A stretch of 64,000 bases of DNA, from the NCBI RefSeq assembly GCF_009914755.1, contig NC_060932.1, one strand, 5' to 3'. The notes under the pieces were generated by a model, which saw nothing but the letters and a program-made list of their open reading frames with translations, had not been told where the DNA came from and searched no databases. Numbering within the stretch: the stretch's first letter is position 1; each line of letters opens with the position of its first letter. The stretch is from the human T2T-CHM13v2.0 reference genome, Homo sapiens. Of this stretch, positions 39,195 to 53,527 are shown piece after piece. The translations under genes were made by a program, and so were the position numbers.

Positions 39195-41803
39195 TGGAAA
39201 CCACAACACCCACTAAACAGTGATGAAATTGAAACAACTTTTAAAGAATGTTGCCAAAACAATATTCTCTCTCTAATGGAGGGGGAAATTAATAAATACT
39301 TTTCGATTTTAAGCCAAAAAAAATAAGGCATTTTTGGATTTCACAGGTTCAAATAGGGTCTAAAAATACAAGGGAAACAAAGCCATGCTGTTTATAAAGC
39401 TTAAATGTTAGGCTACATCTCATCGGAAAGCAGGAAGGGCACTAATATGATTCCTTTAATTTAAAGGGTAGTTAACCCAATTAATGTAGAAAAGTTCAAA
39501 TGATCCTGCACAGCCAATACTTCTGCTGTACTAGAGTCAGTAATATTATTAAGACAAAACCCAGGCCCTTTAACAAATTTAAGTAGCTTTATTGTATATT
39601 TCAAGCAAGAAAGTATAACTTTTAATTTAGCATAATTGGACAAATATAGGGGTCAACTCCCTTCTTGATAATGTCTGCAATCTGTTCTTTAAATTTTAAG
39701 TCTGTATTTTTCACTACATATGCAGAAAAGGAAAGCATTGAAACGGATTTATATCACAGACAAATGAAGAAATATATGGAAAAAAAGAAAGAAAGTCTTT
39801 TCAGTAGCCTGCTACATCTAAAGTATCACCAGATTTCACAGTTGTCCTTTAATTCCAATAGAAAAGTAAGATATTTTAATATTCCTGTTTTGTTCTGTTA
39901 TGGAAATTATGTATGTTTGGTTTTACTAAAATTTGATCATGGGTATATGACTTTTTTTTTTAAGTTTTACATTTTTTGTGACTTATATGAAATAAAAGGT
40001 GTTTAATATCAATCTTTGAGCATTTTTTTGTGATTTATTCCAACTCTTAGATCATGATTTAACTTGGTCAACATCCTTCACCATAACAAAAGAAAACAAA
40101 ATGACCAGTGTCAAACGGATGAATTTTGGAGAAGATTTATAGTGGTTTTATATGAAAATAAAATATAGCTTCAGACCAGAAAGAATCATGGGAAATCACT
40201 AGCCATTCAGAAAGTCTTCTGAAGGCGGTATGTTCCAATATATTACAGCTTTACGGGAGGTTATGCCAGGACAAAGTTCACGCCATACTGTCCCATCAGA
40301 GTTCTAATATTGACAAGTTATAAATGTCAATCTTTGAAAATGTCCTGCTGATGTACACAGATGCTCATTCTCTCTACTTTGTTGTTTACAGATTTTTAAA
40401 AAATTTCTCCACAAAGTGTTTTATTTGAACGTAAAAGACCATTACGCAAAGATCACAATGCAAATGCTTTCTGAAGCATGCTGTCATAGAAAAAATGTGT
40501 GCACATCTTGTGAAAGGGCTTTTCTTGACTTCTTTTAAGAGCAGAAATAATAAACCCATCTTTTTTAAACCACAAATCACCACTGGCCAAGTCTAGAAAA
40601 CATAATTATTCAAACTCAAGATGAATCAATCCACAAATTCTTATATAAAATGCACATATTTTATACAAAATGTTTAATAAATAGGTTGTTCTATATTCCA
40701 GGTGGCTCTTCAATTTTTGACTTATAACAAGGACATGATTTTTTAAACGGCTTTTGAGGAAAGCTGAAATTTTCACATCAAGGGTTGACCTCCTTTATAG
40801 CATCTATGATGTTGCTTGACTTAAAGTGCCAAGAAATTTTTTCTATTGTTAGAGCAGGATAATTATTCCTTTGTATGGAAAAGTAAAGATATGATTGATC
40901 TGCTGAAATTTAGTTAAACTGGACAATGACTCTATTTTTGAAAGATACAGAGAATTTTCTATCGTTGTGAGTCTGAAAGTGGTTAACTACAAAAATAAAC
41001 AAAAAGCAAACACGAAAACTAATAAAACCAAAATATCACTTATAAATCTCCTTATCAGCTATAATACATACAATTCTTGGAAGTCATCACTCTTGTTCTT
41101 ACAAGTTGAAAACGCTAGACAAACCAAAAATCAACAACTTCTTGGAAGTGAGGCCTCTAGGCAAACCACTACTATGAAACCTAGAAGAACAGGTGCATCC
41201 AGATATACCAAAACCAAGATTTGCTTACCTGGAACAGAAGATGCTGGAGCCATAAACTAGTAGTAAATGGTAATTTAAGAAATTGCATGAGGCTGAGTGT
41301 AGCCTAGATTGGGAGTAAGGAATTCCTGGGGGCTCACAGTCTTAAAGGGATCCTACACATTTATGGGCTTTTCCTCTAGGAATCCCAACAGGTTCTTATG
41401 GTGAAGCTCTGAGAAATGGCTCTGGGGGGAGGAAGGCAAGAGTGATCATTATGAACTACACCCAGTGTCTTCGTTATAACATAAGCTAAAGAAGAAAAAG
41501 TTTCCAGGACCTTATCCCAGCCATGGGAAACACATTCTTCTCAGTCCAGCCACCTAAAGTTTTGTACCCCTCTTGGAGCCTGGAATGAATATGGTGAACA
41601 GGGGTCAAGGCTTCAGGGAAATAAATTAAAAACTCTGTTTCCAGGAAAAGCAGGAGGGAACAAGGGGGACAATAATCTATACTAATTCCTAACAATTTTA
41701 TTATTTATATTGCTAGAAATATTTATGATGTTCACAACCCTGAATCATGGCCCAACTAAAAAACAGAGATTCATTTAGAAGATGATAGAATGTTTCTTTT
41801 TGT

Positions 41804-42091
41804 GGTGAGGCCTGGCAGCTCACGCATGTAATCCTAGCACTTTGGGAGGCTGAGGAGGGTGGATCCAGAGAGTTCAAGATCAGCCTGGTCAACATGGTGA
41901 AACCCTGTCTCTACTAGCTATACAAAAATTAGCCGGGTGTGGTGGTGGGTACCTGTAATCCCAGCTACTTGGGAGGCTGAGGCAGGAGAATCATTTGAAC
42001 CTGGGAAGCAGAGGTTTCAGTGAGCCGAGACCATGCCAGTGCACTCCAGCCTGAGCAATGAGACCAAAACTCCATCTCAAACACAAAAAAA
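41804..42091 (+). mobile_element. AluS
   Basis: Dimer with a small deletion; 17-bp TSD agaatgtttctttttgt / agaatgcctctttttgt. Confidence 0.92.
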
Positions 42092-42536
42092 AGAATGCCT
42101 CTTTTTGTACACATCTAACCACCACACCAACAGGACCCTAGAATAATAGTAGAGTAAAGCTAAAGAGTTGCAAGACACAGACTTTCTATGAGAAGTACAT
42201 AGGAAAGCCTAACACAAGAAAAGAAACAAAACAAGCACAGTTAGAGGACTATAAAGACAATAGCATCTATAACTATGTAGCTCAAACACTCAACAAAGCA
42301 GCAGCCATAGCCACATAATTATAAATCTTCGCACTAAAGGACTCTTTACCACCATTTCTGTTACCCAACGTAATGTATCTGACTTTCAACAAAAAATTCC
42401 AATGCATGAAAAAGGCAAAGAAATACACAGCATAAAAAGACAAAGCAATCATCAGAGTCAGACTCTTATGACAGAGATGCAGAAATTATCAGACAGGAAA
42501 TTCAAGATAATTATAATTTGTACGTCTAGGACTCTA

Positions 42537-43012
<476 letters not shown>

Positions 43013-44577
43013 AATTACATTGAATGTCTCAAATGAAACCATGTAGGTTAGAAGACAGTGAAGAGAAGTATTTGAAGTTTTGAAAGAAAAAAATAAAAAA
43101 ATAATACCACCATTATATTCAGCAAAATTATCTCTCAACAAGGAGAAATAAAGGTTTCTTAAATGAAATTTAGGGAATTTATCTCTAGTGAATCTTAAAT
43201 GTGAAAATAATGTTAAAATGTTAACTCTTCAGGCAGAAAGATAATATGTCAGAAACATATCTGCATAATGTAAGAGCATAAGGACTGAACAAATGAAGGT
43301 AAAATAATGTATTTATCTTATCTTATTATTAATTGATATAAATCATAACTATGTGTTTAAAACTTAAGGATACACCAGGTGATTATGTATGTGAAATGAA
43401 TGTCAGCAATGTCACAGGAAGAGACAGAAGGGAGAAAGTGTAAGTACTCCATTATGAACTACCAATACTACATGTGAAGTGTTATACTGTGATTTGAAAT
43501 TGGATTTAGATAAGTCAAAAATGTATATTGTAAACTCTAGAGCAACCTCTAAAAATATATTTCTAAGTGCCATTGATGTGCTATGAGAAGAGAAAAAAAT
43601 GAGATTATAGAAGATGCTCAATTAAAACCAGAGAGGGCAAAAATAACAGTGAAGTGGCAGCAGGGGGTAGAAAATAGAATAAATCCAACATGCAAAAAAC
43701 AGTTACAAACATGGTGGATATTGATTCAACTATATCACCAATACATTTACATCTGAATACCAAATTTTAACACTACTTAAAATGAGATGTTCAGACTAGA
43801 TTTAAAACACAAGACTGATTACGAGTTACCAAAAACTTACTTTACTCTCTATAAAGACATAAAAAGTTAAATTAAAGAGATGTAGAGTGATATAGCTTAC
43901 TTATAATACTCAAATGCAAGCTAGAGAAGCTTTGTTAATTACAGAAAAAAATAATACTTCAGACAAGAAAATTATCAGTAATGAAGAGAAGCATTATAAA
44001 CATAAACAGAATATAAAAATATGTGAAGACAAAACTGATAGGACTTAAAGGAGAAATAGACAAATCCATTAGTATAGTTGGAAACATCAAAAATCCTCTG
44101 ACAGGTTTGAGAGATCAAGGAGGCAGAAAATCAGTAATGATAATGTTGTATAAGACCTGAGCAGCATTAGCAATCAACTTGATCTAATTGACATTTATAG
44201 AATACTCCACATAGAAACAATAGCAGAATACACATTTTTCTCAAGCTCACATGAAACATTCACAAAGAGCATATTTTAAGCCATGAAAATGAAAAATTAC
44301 TTAAATCTAAAAAAAATGAAAATTATACCAAGTATATTCTCAGGTGACAACAGAATAAAACTACAAACCAATAACAGAAGATAGCTGGAAAATTCCAAGA
44401 CATTTGCAAATCGAACAATACAATTTTAAATAATCTTCATGTCAAAGAGGGCTAAACAGAAATTTTTAAATGTTTTAAACTAAATGAAAATAACAATACA
44501 ATTTACCAAAAATTATGGAATGTAGTATAAGCAATGCTTAAAGAGAAATTATAGTATAGTGATACTGTGCCTACGTA

Positions 44578-44920
44578 TAGTCACGTACCACATAATGATG
44601 TTTCAGTCAACAAAGGGTTGCAAATACCAGGGTGGTTCCATAAGATTATGATACCATATTTTTACTGTACCTATTATATGTTAAATAGGCTTAAATGCAC
44701 CAATATTTACCACTGTGTTACAATTGCCTACAGTACTCAGTACAGTAACATACTGTATAAGTTTGAAACCTAAGAGCAATAGGATATATCATATAGCCTA
44801 GGTGTGTACTAGGCTATACCATATAGGATTATGTAAATATACTCTGTATGATTTTCACACAACAACCAAATCACCTAATGATATATTTCTCAGAACATAT
44901 CCTTGTTGTTAAACAATATA
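44578..44920 (+). mobile_element. Tigger3a (MER7A)-like TcMar DNA transposon
   Basis: agtcacgtaccacataatgatgtttcagtcaac...caattgcctacagtactcagtacagtaaca...tagcctaggtgtgtactaggcta...tttctcagaacatatcc. Confidence 0.85.
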
Positions 44921-46529
44921 TTGGAAAAGAATAAAGATGTGAAATAATCTAAAATTTTACCTTAGAAAACTAGAGGAAAAAAAAACCCATAATAAGCTTA
45001 AAAAGAAAAAGAAAAAAAAATAAAAATTGGAGGAAAAAATCAATGAAACTGAAAAAATAAATCAATAGAAAAAAAAAAATCAGTTTAACCAAAGTCTGTT
45101 TCTTGGGAAGATTGATAGGTGAAAAACCTTTAGTTTAGAAATTACTAATTTCAGAAATGAAAAGTGGTGTCATCATACTGATATCTCGAACTTTAAAATG
45201 TTAAAAGAATACAGTGCCAAGAAATTTAATGAGTGGATGAAATTAGCCAATTCCTCGAAAGACGCAAACTACCATAGACTACTACTCTGTCTATTAAAGA
45301 AAGTGAATCAATACTTAACTACATTCCCAAAAGACAGTTCCAAGCCAAGATTGTTTGAATAGTGAATTCTACCAAACATTTAAGGAAAAAGTAATACCAA
45401 TTCTCCACACAGAAAAAGAAAGTACAGAAAATATAAGGAATGAATGCTTTCTAAGACATTTTATAAAGTCAACGTTACCTAATACCTTACAAAAGGTAAA
45501 GACATTACAAGAAATGAAAAACACAAACTAGTATTTCTCATGAATATAAATGCAAAAATCTCCAACAAAACCTTAGCAAATCAAATCCAACAATGCATAA
45601 AAATATACACTACAACCAACTGGGATTTATTACAGGTATGAAAGATTGATTAAACATTCAAAAATCAATTCATAGAAACCTTCACATTATGAAGCTAAAA
45701 AAAACTCATCTGTTCAAATTAATTGGTGGCAATAAATTAACTTGACAAAATTCACCATTCTTTCTTAATAGCAACTCTAAGCCAAATAGGAATAGACAGA
45801 TATTTCCTTAACTTGATAAAGAATATCTATAAAAACTGTAATGCTAACACTGTGTTTAATGATAAAGAAACTGTTCACTTTTTCTCTATGATCAGGAGCA
45901 AGGCAAGAATTTCCTTTCTTACCTCTCTTATCCAACATCATAGCAAAAATTCTAGTTGTACAATAACACTTAGAAAAGGAAAGTATATATGTATTGGAAA
46001 GGAAAAATAAAATTGCCTTTATTTGTAGATGACATGGTTGTTTAACTAAAACAAGTCCACAAAACTCTTTGCTATGAAAAAGTATAGAACAGTCAAAGCA
46101 GGAGATAAATATAGACAGTCAATTGTTTTCCTATACGCAAGCAATAAAAACTGAAATTTGAATTTTTAAAATGCTATTCATAATAATACTGCCAAAATGA
46201 AATCATAGTAAAATACCAATGATTTATAATATCCATATGTGCAAAACTACAAAACACTGAAGAAGGAAATAAAAGAAGATCTAAATTAATCTAAATATGC
46301 CATGCTCATGGATTAAAAATTGTCTAAATATGCCATAAGCATAGGAGCCTAAGAGCAAAATAGATTATGCTCATGGCATATTTATATCTAAGATCTTAAT
46401 ATGCCGTGCTCGTAGATTAGAAAAATAAATATTGTTAAGATACCAATTTTTTTCCCAATTTGATCTATAGATTTAACACAGTCTCAGGCAAAAACCAAGC
46501 AAATTATTTTGTAGATACATAGAAAAGAA

Positions 46530-48116
46530 CAAAGTTTGGCCCTTAACTGACGCCATATATTAAAAAATCTCAAAATGGATTAAATACGAAAATGTAAGGT
46601 GTAAACTATAAAACTCTTAGAAGAAAACATAGGCCAGAAGCTTCACGACATCGGATTTTTAATGATTGCTAGGATATGGCAACAAAGGCACAGACAACAA
46701 CAATAAAAAAAAGACAAGTTGGACTTTATGAACCTTTACAAATTGTGCACCAAAAGACAACAGAGTGAAAATGCAACCCACAAAATGAGAGAAAATATTT
46801 GTCAATCATATATTTGATAAGGGATTCATATCCAAAATATACAGTAGTACCTCCTTATCTGTGGCTTCAATTAAGCAGTTTTAGTTACCCACTGTCAACC
46901 ACAGTTGAAAAATATTACATGGAAAAATTCCAGAAATAAACAATTTCTAAGTTTTAAATTACATGTCATTCCGAGTAGTGTGATAAAATTTCGTGCCATT
47001 CTGTTCCATCCTACCTGGGATGTGAATCATCCATTTGTTCAGCATATCCACCCTCTATGTGTTACCCTCCTGTTAGTCACTTATTAGCCATCACTCAGTT
47101 ATCAGATCAACCGTCACAATATGAAGTGCTTGTGTTCAGGTAACTCTTATTTTACTTAACAATAGCCACAAATTGCAAAAGTAGAAATGCTAGCATATTG
47201 TAATTGTTGTTCTATTTTATTATTAGTTATTGTTGTTAATTTCTTCTATGCCTAATTTATAAATTAAACTGTACTACAGATACATATGAAAAGGAAAAAC
47301 ATAGTATGTATAAGGTTCAGTACTATCTCTGGCTTCTGTCATCCACTGGAGTTCTAGGAACGCGTCCTCCATGGATAAAAAGAAACTGCTATAAAGAGAA
47401 CTCCTAAAATTCAACAACATAAATACCAAAACACCCTGATTCAAAAATGGGTGAAGGATTTGTATATACATTTCTTCAAGAAGATATACAAATAAGCAAG
47501 AAACACATGAAACAAGGTTCAGTATCACCAGCCATTGGGTAAATGCAAACCAAAACTACAATGAATACCACATCATACCCACTAGGATGGCTACTATCAA
47601 AAAACAGACAATAACAAGTGTTTGAAAGGAGAGAGAAATTGGAACCTTTGTGCACTGTCGGTGGGAGTGTGAAATAGTTCAGCTGACAGATGAATGAATA
47701 ATCACAATATGGTAAATATACAATGGAATATTTTTCAGTCTTAAAGGAAGAAAATTCTAACATATGCTATTGCTACGGCATGGATTAACCTTGAGGATAC
47801 TATGCTAAACGAAGTAAGCTAATCATAAATAGAAAAGTACTGTATGATCTCACTTATATGAGGTATTCAGAACAGTCAAAATCATAGAGCAAGAAAGTAA
47901 AATTGTGGTTGTCAGGGACTGGGGAAGAAGGCATAGGAAGTTACTGTTTAATGGGTACAAAGTTTCAGTTTTACAAGATGAAAAAAGTTATAGAGATGGA
48001 TGGTAGTGATGGTTGCACAACATTATTCATGCATTTAATACCAATGAATTGTAAACTTCAAAATGGTTAAGATGCTAAATTGTACATTACATGTATTTTA
48101 CCATGATTTTAAAAAA
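46530..48116 (+). mobile_element. L1MB-family 3' fragment (interrupted by MER44)
   Basis: End of ORF2 plus 3' UTR tttaatgggtacaaagtttcagttttacaagatgaaaaaagtt...ggttgcacaaca...tattttaccatgattttaaaaaa. Confidence 0.8.
46842..47391 (+). mobile_element. MER44 (Tigger7-derived, MER44B-like) DNA transposon with TA TSD
   Basis: ta|cagtagtacctccttatctgtgg...ccatggataaaaagaaactgcta|ta; flanks rejoin as L1 tccaaaatata-aagagaactcc. Confidence 0.88.
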
Positions 48117-48330
48117 TGGAGGGAAGGACACAGGAGTTGAATAATAGATTTCCAGTGGCCAAACTGAGCCAATTCACTCATCAAAATAAAGTACTAATAA
48201 ATTACCATATGTCCAAAAGTATAAGAAAAATATTCATGTGTCTGTACTGATATCAATAAATAATTGAATAAATATATGAAGGACAACAGCTAGTTTTTCA
48301 TGCAGAAGAATGCCAAATAATTAGCAAGAT

Positions 48331-48660
<330 letters not shown>

Positions 48661-48941
48661 CTACTCCTTAAATATGGAGTGACTTCATATAGTGACTTCC
48701 TTCCACTCAATAGAATGTGGCAAGGAGGAAAAAGAGTAACTTTACAGTAAATCCGACAAGCCCTACCTCTGCTAGGTAATCAAGACTGTAATTAACATAT
48801 GGATCATATGTACCCCTGACAAAAGTGGTACTTTATTTTTGTGCCCTTCCTCTTAAAAGCCCATATACCCAGTTTAATCATGAGAAAAACAGCAGACAAA
48901 TCCCAATTGTAAGGGTCATTCTAACAACATATCTTACCAGT

Positions 48942-49301
48942 TGTATTAGTCCATCCTCACACTACTAATAAAGACATACCCAAGGCTGGGTAATTTATAA
49001 AGGAAAGAGGTTTAATTGATTCACGGTTCCATATGGCTGGGGAGTCCTCAAAGTCATGGCAGAAGGCAAAAAAGGAGCAAAGTCACATCTTACAAGGTGT
49101 CAGGCAAGAGAGCATGTGCAGGGAACTGTCCTTTATAAAACCATGAGATCGCATGAGACTTATTCACTATCACAAGAACAGCATGGGAAAAACCTGCCCC
49201 ATGATTCAATTACCTCCCACTGGGTCCTGCCCACCACACTGGAATTATTAGAGCTAGAATTCAAGATGAGATTTGGCTGGGGACACAGCCAAACCATATT
49301 A
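48942..49301 (-). mobile_element. THE1 solo LTR
   Basis: tgtattagtccatcctcac...gacacagccaaaccatatta; TSD ccagt / tcagt. Confidence 0.93.
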
Positions 49302-49888
49302 TCAGTACTCTTTAAAACTGTCATTAAAAACAAGTGAAGTCTGATAAATTGTCAAAGCCAAGGGAAGCCTAAGGAGACATGACAGCAAAATGTAATGGGG
49401 TGTCCTAAATAGGATTCTATGACAGAAAAAAGGACATTAAAGGAAAACTAACAAAATCTGAGCAACATGTGTACCTTAATTGATAATTGATAATAATGCC
49501 AATATTGGTTAATTAACTGTGACAAAGGTAGCATACTAATATATGTAAGGGTTTAACTATAGACGAAACTGCGTGTAAACGATATAGGAACTTTAGGTAC
49601 TTCCTTTATAATTTTTCAGTAAATCAAAAACTATTCTAAAGTAAAAACTTCATTAAAAATTGTCATCTACAGCTAATAACATCAATGATATACACTGATA
49701 TGGTGTAACAATAAGTATTATCTTTTTAAAACCCCATGATTCCAGTATAATCATGAGAAACATCAGAAAACCTAGATTCAGGGATATTCTATAGGATACC
49801 TAACCAGTATCCCTCAAGACTATCAAGCTCACAATAAAACAAGGAAAGAATTAAAAAATTCACAGACCAGTGGACACTGGGGACATAC

Positions 49889-50297
49889 TGATAGATGCAG
49901 GAGGCAGAGAAGGGAACTTGCACAAGATCTTGCCTAAACATGCCCATGGTGAAAAATTCCATCCCTTAACACATGCACAGTAAGGGAAACAAATCAATGT
50001 GGAGTGGCTCAGACTAAGGGCTCACATGCTCAACTGGGAGAATGGAGTGGAGCAACCAGGAATTCACACCTTTTGTAGGAGAGGAGCTGGGCCTCTTCAG
50101 CTCGTGTGTGGTGGCCTGGTATTTAATCTGTGAGGTGGGAGCCAGTTGGCAGAATCCCCCTTTTTTTGGCGGAGGACTTTCTTTTAATAAATTCTGCTTT
50201 CCTCACCTTTCAATGTGTCTATGTGCCTAATTTTTCCTGGTCGTGAGACAAGAAGCCGGATTTTAGCTGAGCTAAGGAGCAAAACAATCCTGCATTA
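49889..50297 (+). mobile_element. ERV1-class (MER4-group-like) solo LTR
   Basis: tgatagatgcaggaggcagagaag...AATAAA at ~50186...tcctggtcgtgagacaagaagccggattttagctgagctaaggagc; 4-bp TSD atac / atat; subfamily uncertain. Confidence 0.75.
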
Positions 50298-51449
50298 ATA
50301 TAACAATTACATATAATATGATATCCTGTACTGTATCCTGGAACAAATGGAAGATATTAATAGAAAAACTGGTTGAAACAAAACAAAACAAAACAAAACA
50401 CATGAAGTATGAAGCTTACTTAATACTGGTATACCAATATCAGGCTCTGGTTGTGGCAAATGTAGCATAGTAGTACAAGATGTCAACAATGGGGAAAACT
50501 AGAAAAGACTTGTACAAGAACTCTCCTTTTGCATTTTTTTGTAAGTCTACAACTATTCCAAAATAAAAGTTTACTTAAAAAAGTCACTTACTGCTGACCA
50601 AGAATAAATTTGAAATGAAACTGTGAAGAAACTAGAAGACCTATTTCTCCATGTAATTTACTAAAAACTCTAACTTATTTGGAAGGAAAGAAAAAATTAA
50701 GGATTCAATTCTGGGTTCTCTGTGCTTGAAGTAGAATGAATTCAAAGAGCAAGTTTCCCATATCACTTGGGCTCAGTTAAGAGGCACAGTTTACCAGTGG
50801 TACTAGTTGCTACACAGATACTTCTGTCTATGATAACTATGCAATTAATTGGTTCAAAGTAATCTGTTTGAAAAGTAAATATGGTAGTCTGGATATCTCA
50901 AAATCCTTTCCACTGTAAGTATCCAGAATTGTTACATAAAATACAGCAAATAATGTTTTAAATGCATATTTAATAGTACTTAATAGAATAGATAAGGTCA
51001 CATGTGAATGAGTGACGTGATTAAAGGAAAAAATTAATTAAAAATCAGAGTGGTAAGCATTAAGCCACTCTGGGGACTTATCAATGCTAGTAACATTAGA
51101 GCTTTAATGTCCATTTGAATACAAGTGACAAGGTACTGGGGCCACATGTGTTGAAGTGTTAGAATTGAAAGTTGGAGACATGTAACTGACACACACGCAT
51201 ACATGCACACACTGTCAAAATCAAGACCCTAGAGGTTGAACTAGAAAATAAAACTCTATTAACTCCGAAGAAAATAAAAACAGAGTCTGCCTTTGTCTGT
51301 GCTCTCAGTAAAAAAAAATATATTTCTCCAGAAAACTTAAAAACACATTTTATTTTTTACTCACATGGTTCTGGCTTTTAGTTACAATTTTCCTATAATA
51401 TGGGAACCATGTGCTTAAATTTTCAGAAAGACCTTTATAACAGGCCAGT

Positions 51450-52500
51450 AATTGACTGAGGCTTCTGGCAGGGGCACAGAAAGCAAACAAATAAAACTAA
51501 AAAAAAGATTTCTAGTTCAGTCAGAACACATGACATTTCTCCCCTCCCCCACTGTCTCTTTCTTTCATATACATAATTCCACTCAAGAGTTCATAGTCAA
51601 AAATTGCAAAATATATAAGATATATCCAACAATAGTGAAAGTTAGCAGAATTAGAACTTAAGTGTTTGGAATTACAGAACAATTTGAGAAGGAGACACAT
51701 TTGTTTAAAACACTGGTGAAAAAAACTGTGGAAGTACAATATGCAATCTTGAAAAAGTATATAGGCTAGAACTTGAAATGCAGGAAATAAATATTAAAAT
51801 ACAAAATAAATGGCTATATTAAATAGTAGACTATACCCAGCTAAAAGGGATTCATAAATTAGAACATAAAACTGAGGAAGTTTTGTAGATGCAACAAGGA
51901 GTGAAAAGACATAACAATTTGAAAAGGATGTTAAAATGCATAAAGAATAACATGAGAAGAGCCGGAATACTCACAATAAAAAGAATAAAGAGACAATGAA
52001 TAAGGCATTAAAATAGAAGATCTTAAGGTCAAGACTGTACAGTTACTACAAAAGTATAAAATCATCAGCATCAAGAAAAACAAGAAAGTCTCAAAGATGT
52101 TAAGTAAAAGCAATCCTACAATTACACACATCATAATGAAACTACAGAAAACTAAAAGAAAAGAAAAAAACTTAAAAACAACTAAGGAATATCTCTACAG
52201 ACTGAAAATTTAATTCACTACAGTAACAATATCTTCAACAAATTAAGATAAAATAATTGTGAACTATTCATAAAAATTTTACATCCATTTAGATCATCAT
52301 TACAATTTAAGTAAACAAAAGGCATATCCCAATAAAGATAAAATGTTTTACTCATGAACCATTGCTGAAAAATAGTAAAGGCTTAACTTTAGAATAAAGG
52401 TAATTAAATCATGAGAAATAAATGGAATTAAAGAAGTAATGAGTATAAAAAATTGTACATATGTGAGAAAACAAAGATATAAAGACAATGATAAATAATT
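51450..52500 (+). mobile_element. very old L1M ORF1-region remnants
   Basis: Strong A bias and motifs such as cacatcataatgaaactacagaaaactaaaagaaaagaaaaa; highly degraded. Confidence 0.5.
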
Positions 52501-52591
52501 TTAGTTGATCAAAAAGGTAAACTAAAGTGCAAGAAAGCAATAGCAGGTAGAATAGGATGGGTAGTGGGAGTTAATGGCCAATTGTGGGTAG

Positions 52592-52942
52592 TGCTTATGG
52601 TCTGAATGTATTCTTCCGAAGTTAATATATTAGAGCTTAATTCCCAGTGTGATGATAGTTGGAGCCTTGGTAATTTGAAAGTCATGAATATGGAGCCCTC
52701 ATGAATAGGAATAGTGCCCTTACAAGAAGAAACACAGGAGCACATGCTTCCTCTCTGCTTTGTGAGGATACAGGGAGGAAAAGGCTGTCTACAAACCATG
52801 AAGAGGGCTCTTCCTCAAGCCCAGATCTGCCCGCATCTTGATGCTTAACTTCCCAACCTCCAGGACTGTTAGAAATAAATGTGTGTTGTTTAAGCCACTC
52901 AGTCTGTGGCATATTTATTACACCAGCCTAAACTGCCTAAGA
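52592..52942 (+). mobile_element. MLT1A0-like MaLR solo LTR
   Basis: tgcttatggtctgaatgt...ggagccctcatgaatagga...agaaataaatgtgtgttgtttaagccactcagtctgtgg. Confidence 0.88.
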
Positions 52943-53069
52943 GAGTTAAGGACTGGGGAAACAGTAGAGATAGTGATGAAATATAGACATGTAGATACTG
53001 TTGAGTTGTGACTGCAGGTTAAAAATGTGCGTGTAGCCATTAAAATAATATCACTTAAATATATATCCC

Positions 53070-53527
53070 TGCATTGATCAGGATTTGCCAGAGAAACAAA
53101 ACCAACACAGTGTGTGTGTGTATACGTGCGTGTGTGTGTGCGTGTATGTGTAAAGAAAGAGAGAGAGAGATTTATATTAAGGAATTGGCTCATGTGATTG
53201 CAGAGATTTGAAGAATCCAAATAAAATGGGGTAGATCAGCACGCTGGAGGCTCGAGGACAAGTTGCAATTGAAGTCTAAATGCAGTCTGCTAGCTGAATT
53301 CCCTCTTGTTCTGGAAAGGTCAGCTTTTGTTCTATTATGGCCTTCAACTGATTATATGAAGCCCACATTATGATGGAGGACAATCTACTTTACTTAAAAT
53401 CCACAGATTTAAATGCTATTCTCATCTAAAAAGAAAAGCATCTTTACGGAAGTATCTGGAATAACGTTTGACTAAATATGTAGGCAGCATGGCTCTGGCA
53501 AGTTGATGTATAAAATTAACCATCAGG
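53070..53527 (-). mobile_element. MLT2 (D-like) ERVL solo LTR containing a (TG)n/(GA)n tract at ~53110-53169
   Basis: ccagagaaacaaaaccaa...atttatattaaggaattggctcatgtgatt...aagttgatgtataaaattaaccatca; TSD atccc / atgcc. Confidence 0.88.

Noticed and set aside
41223-41231. Strong minus-strand donor CAG|GTAAGC
   Set aside because: Lies in probable L1-derived sequence, and I found no convincing paired acceptor.
48780-50582. Thrice-repeated motif set (taatcatgagaaa...accagta...ggagacat) suggesting a local duplication
   Set aside because: Consistent with the internally repetitive 3' UTR of L1MC/L1MD elements rather than a locus-specific event.
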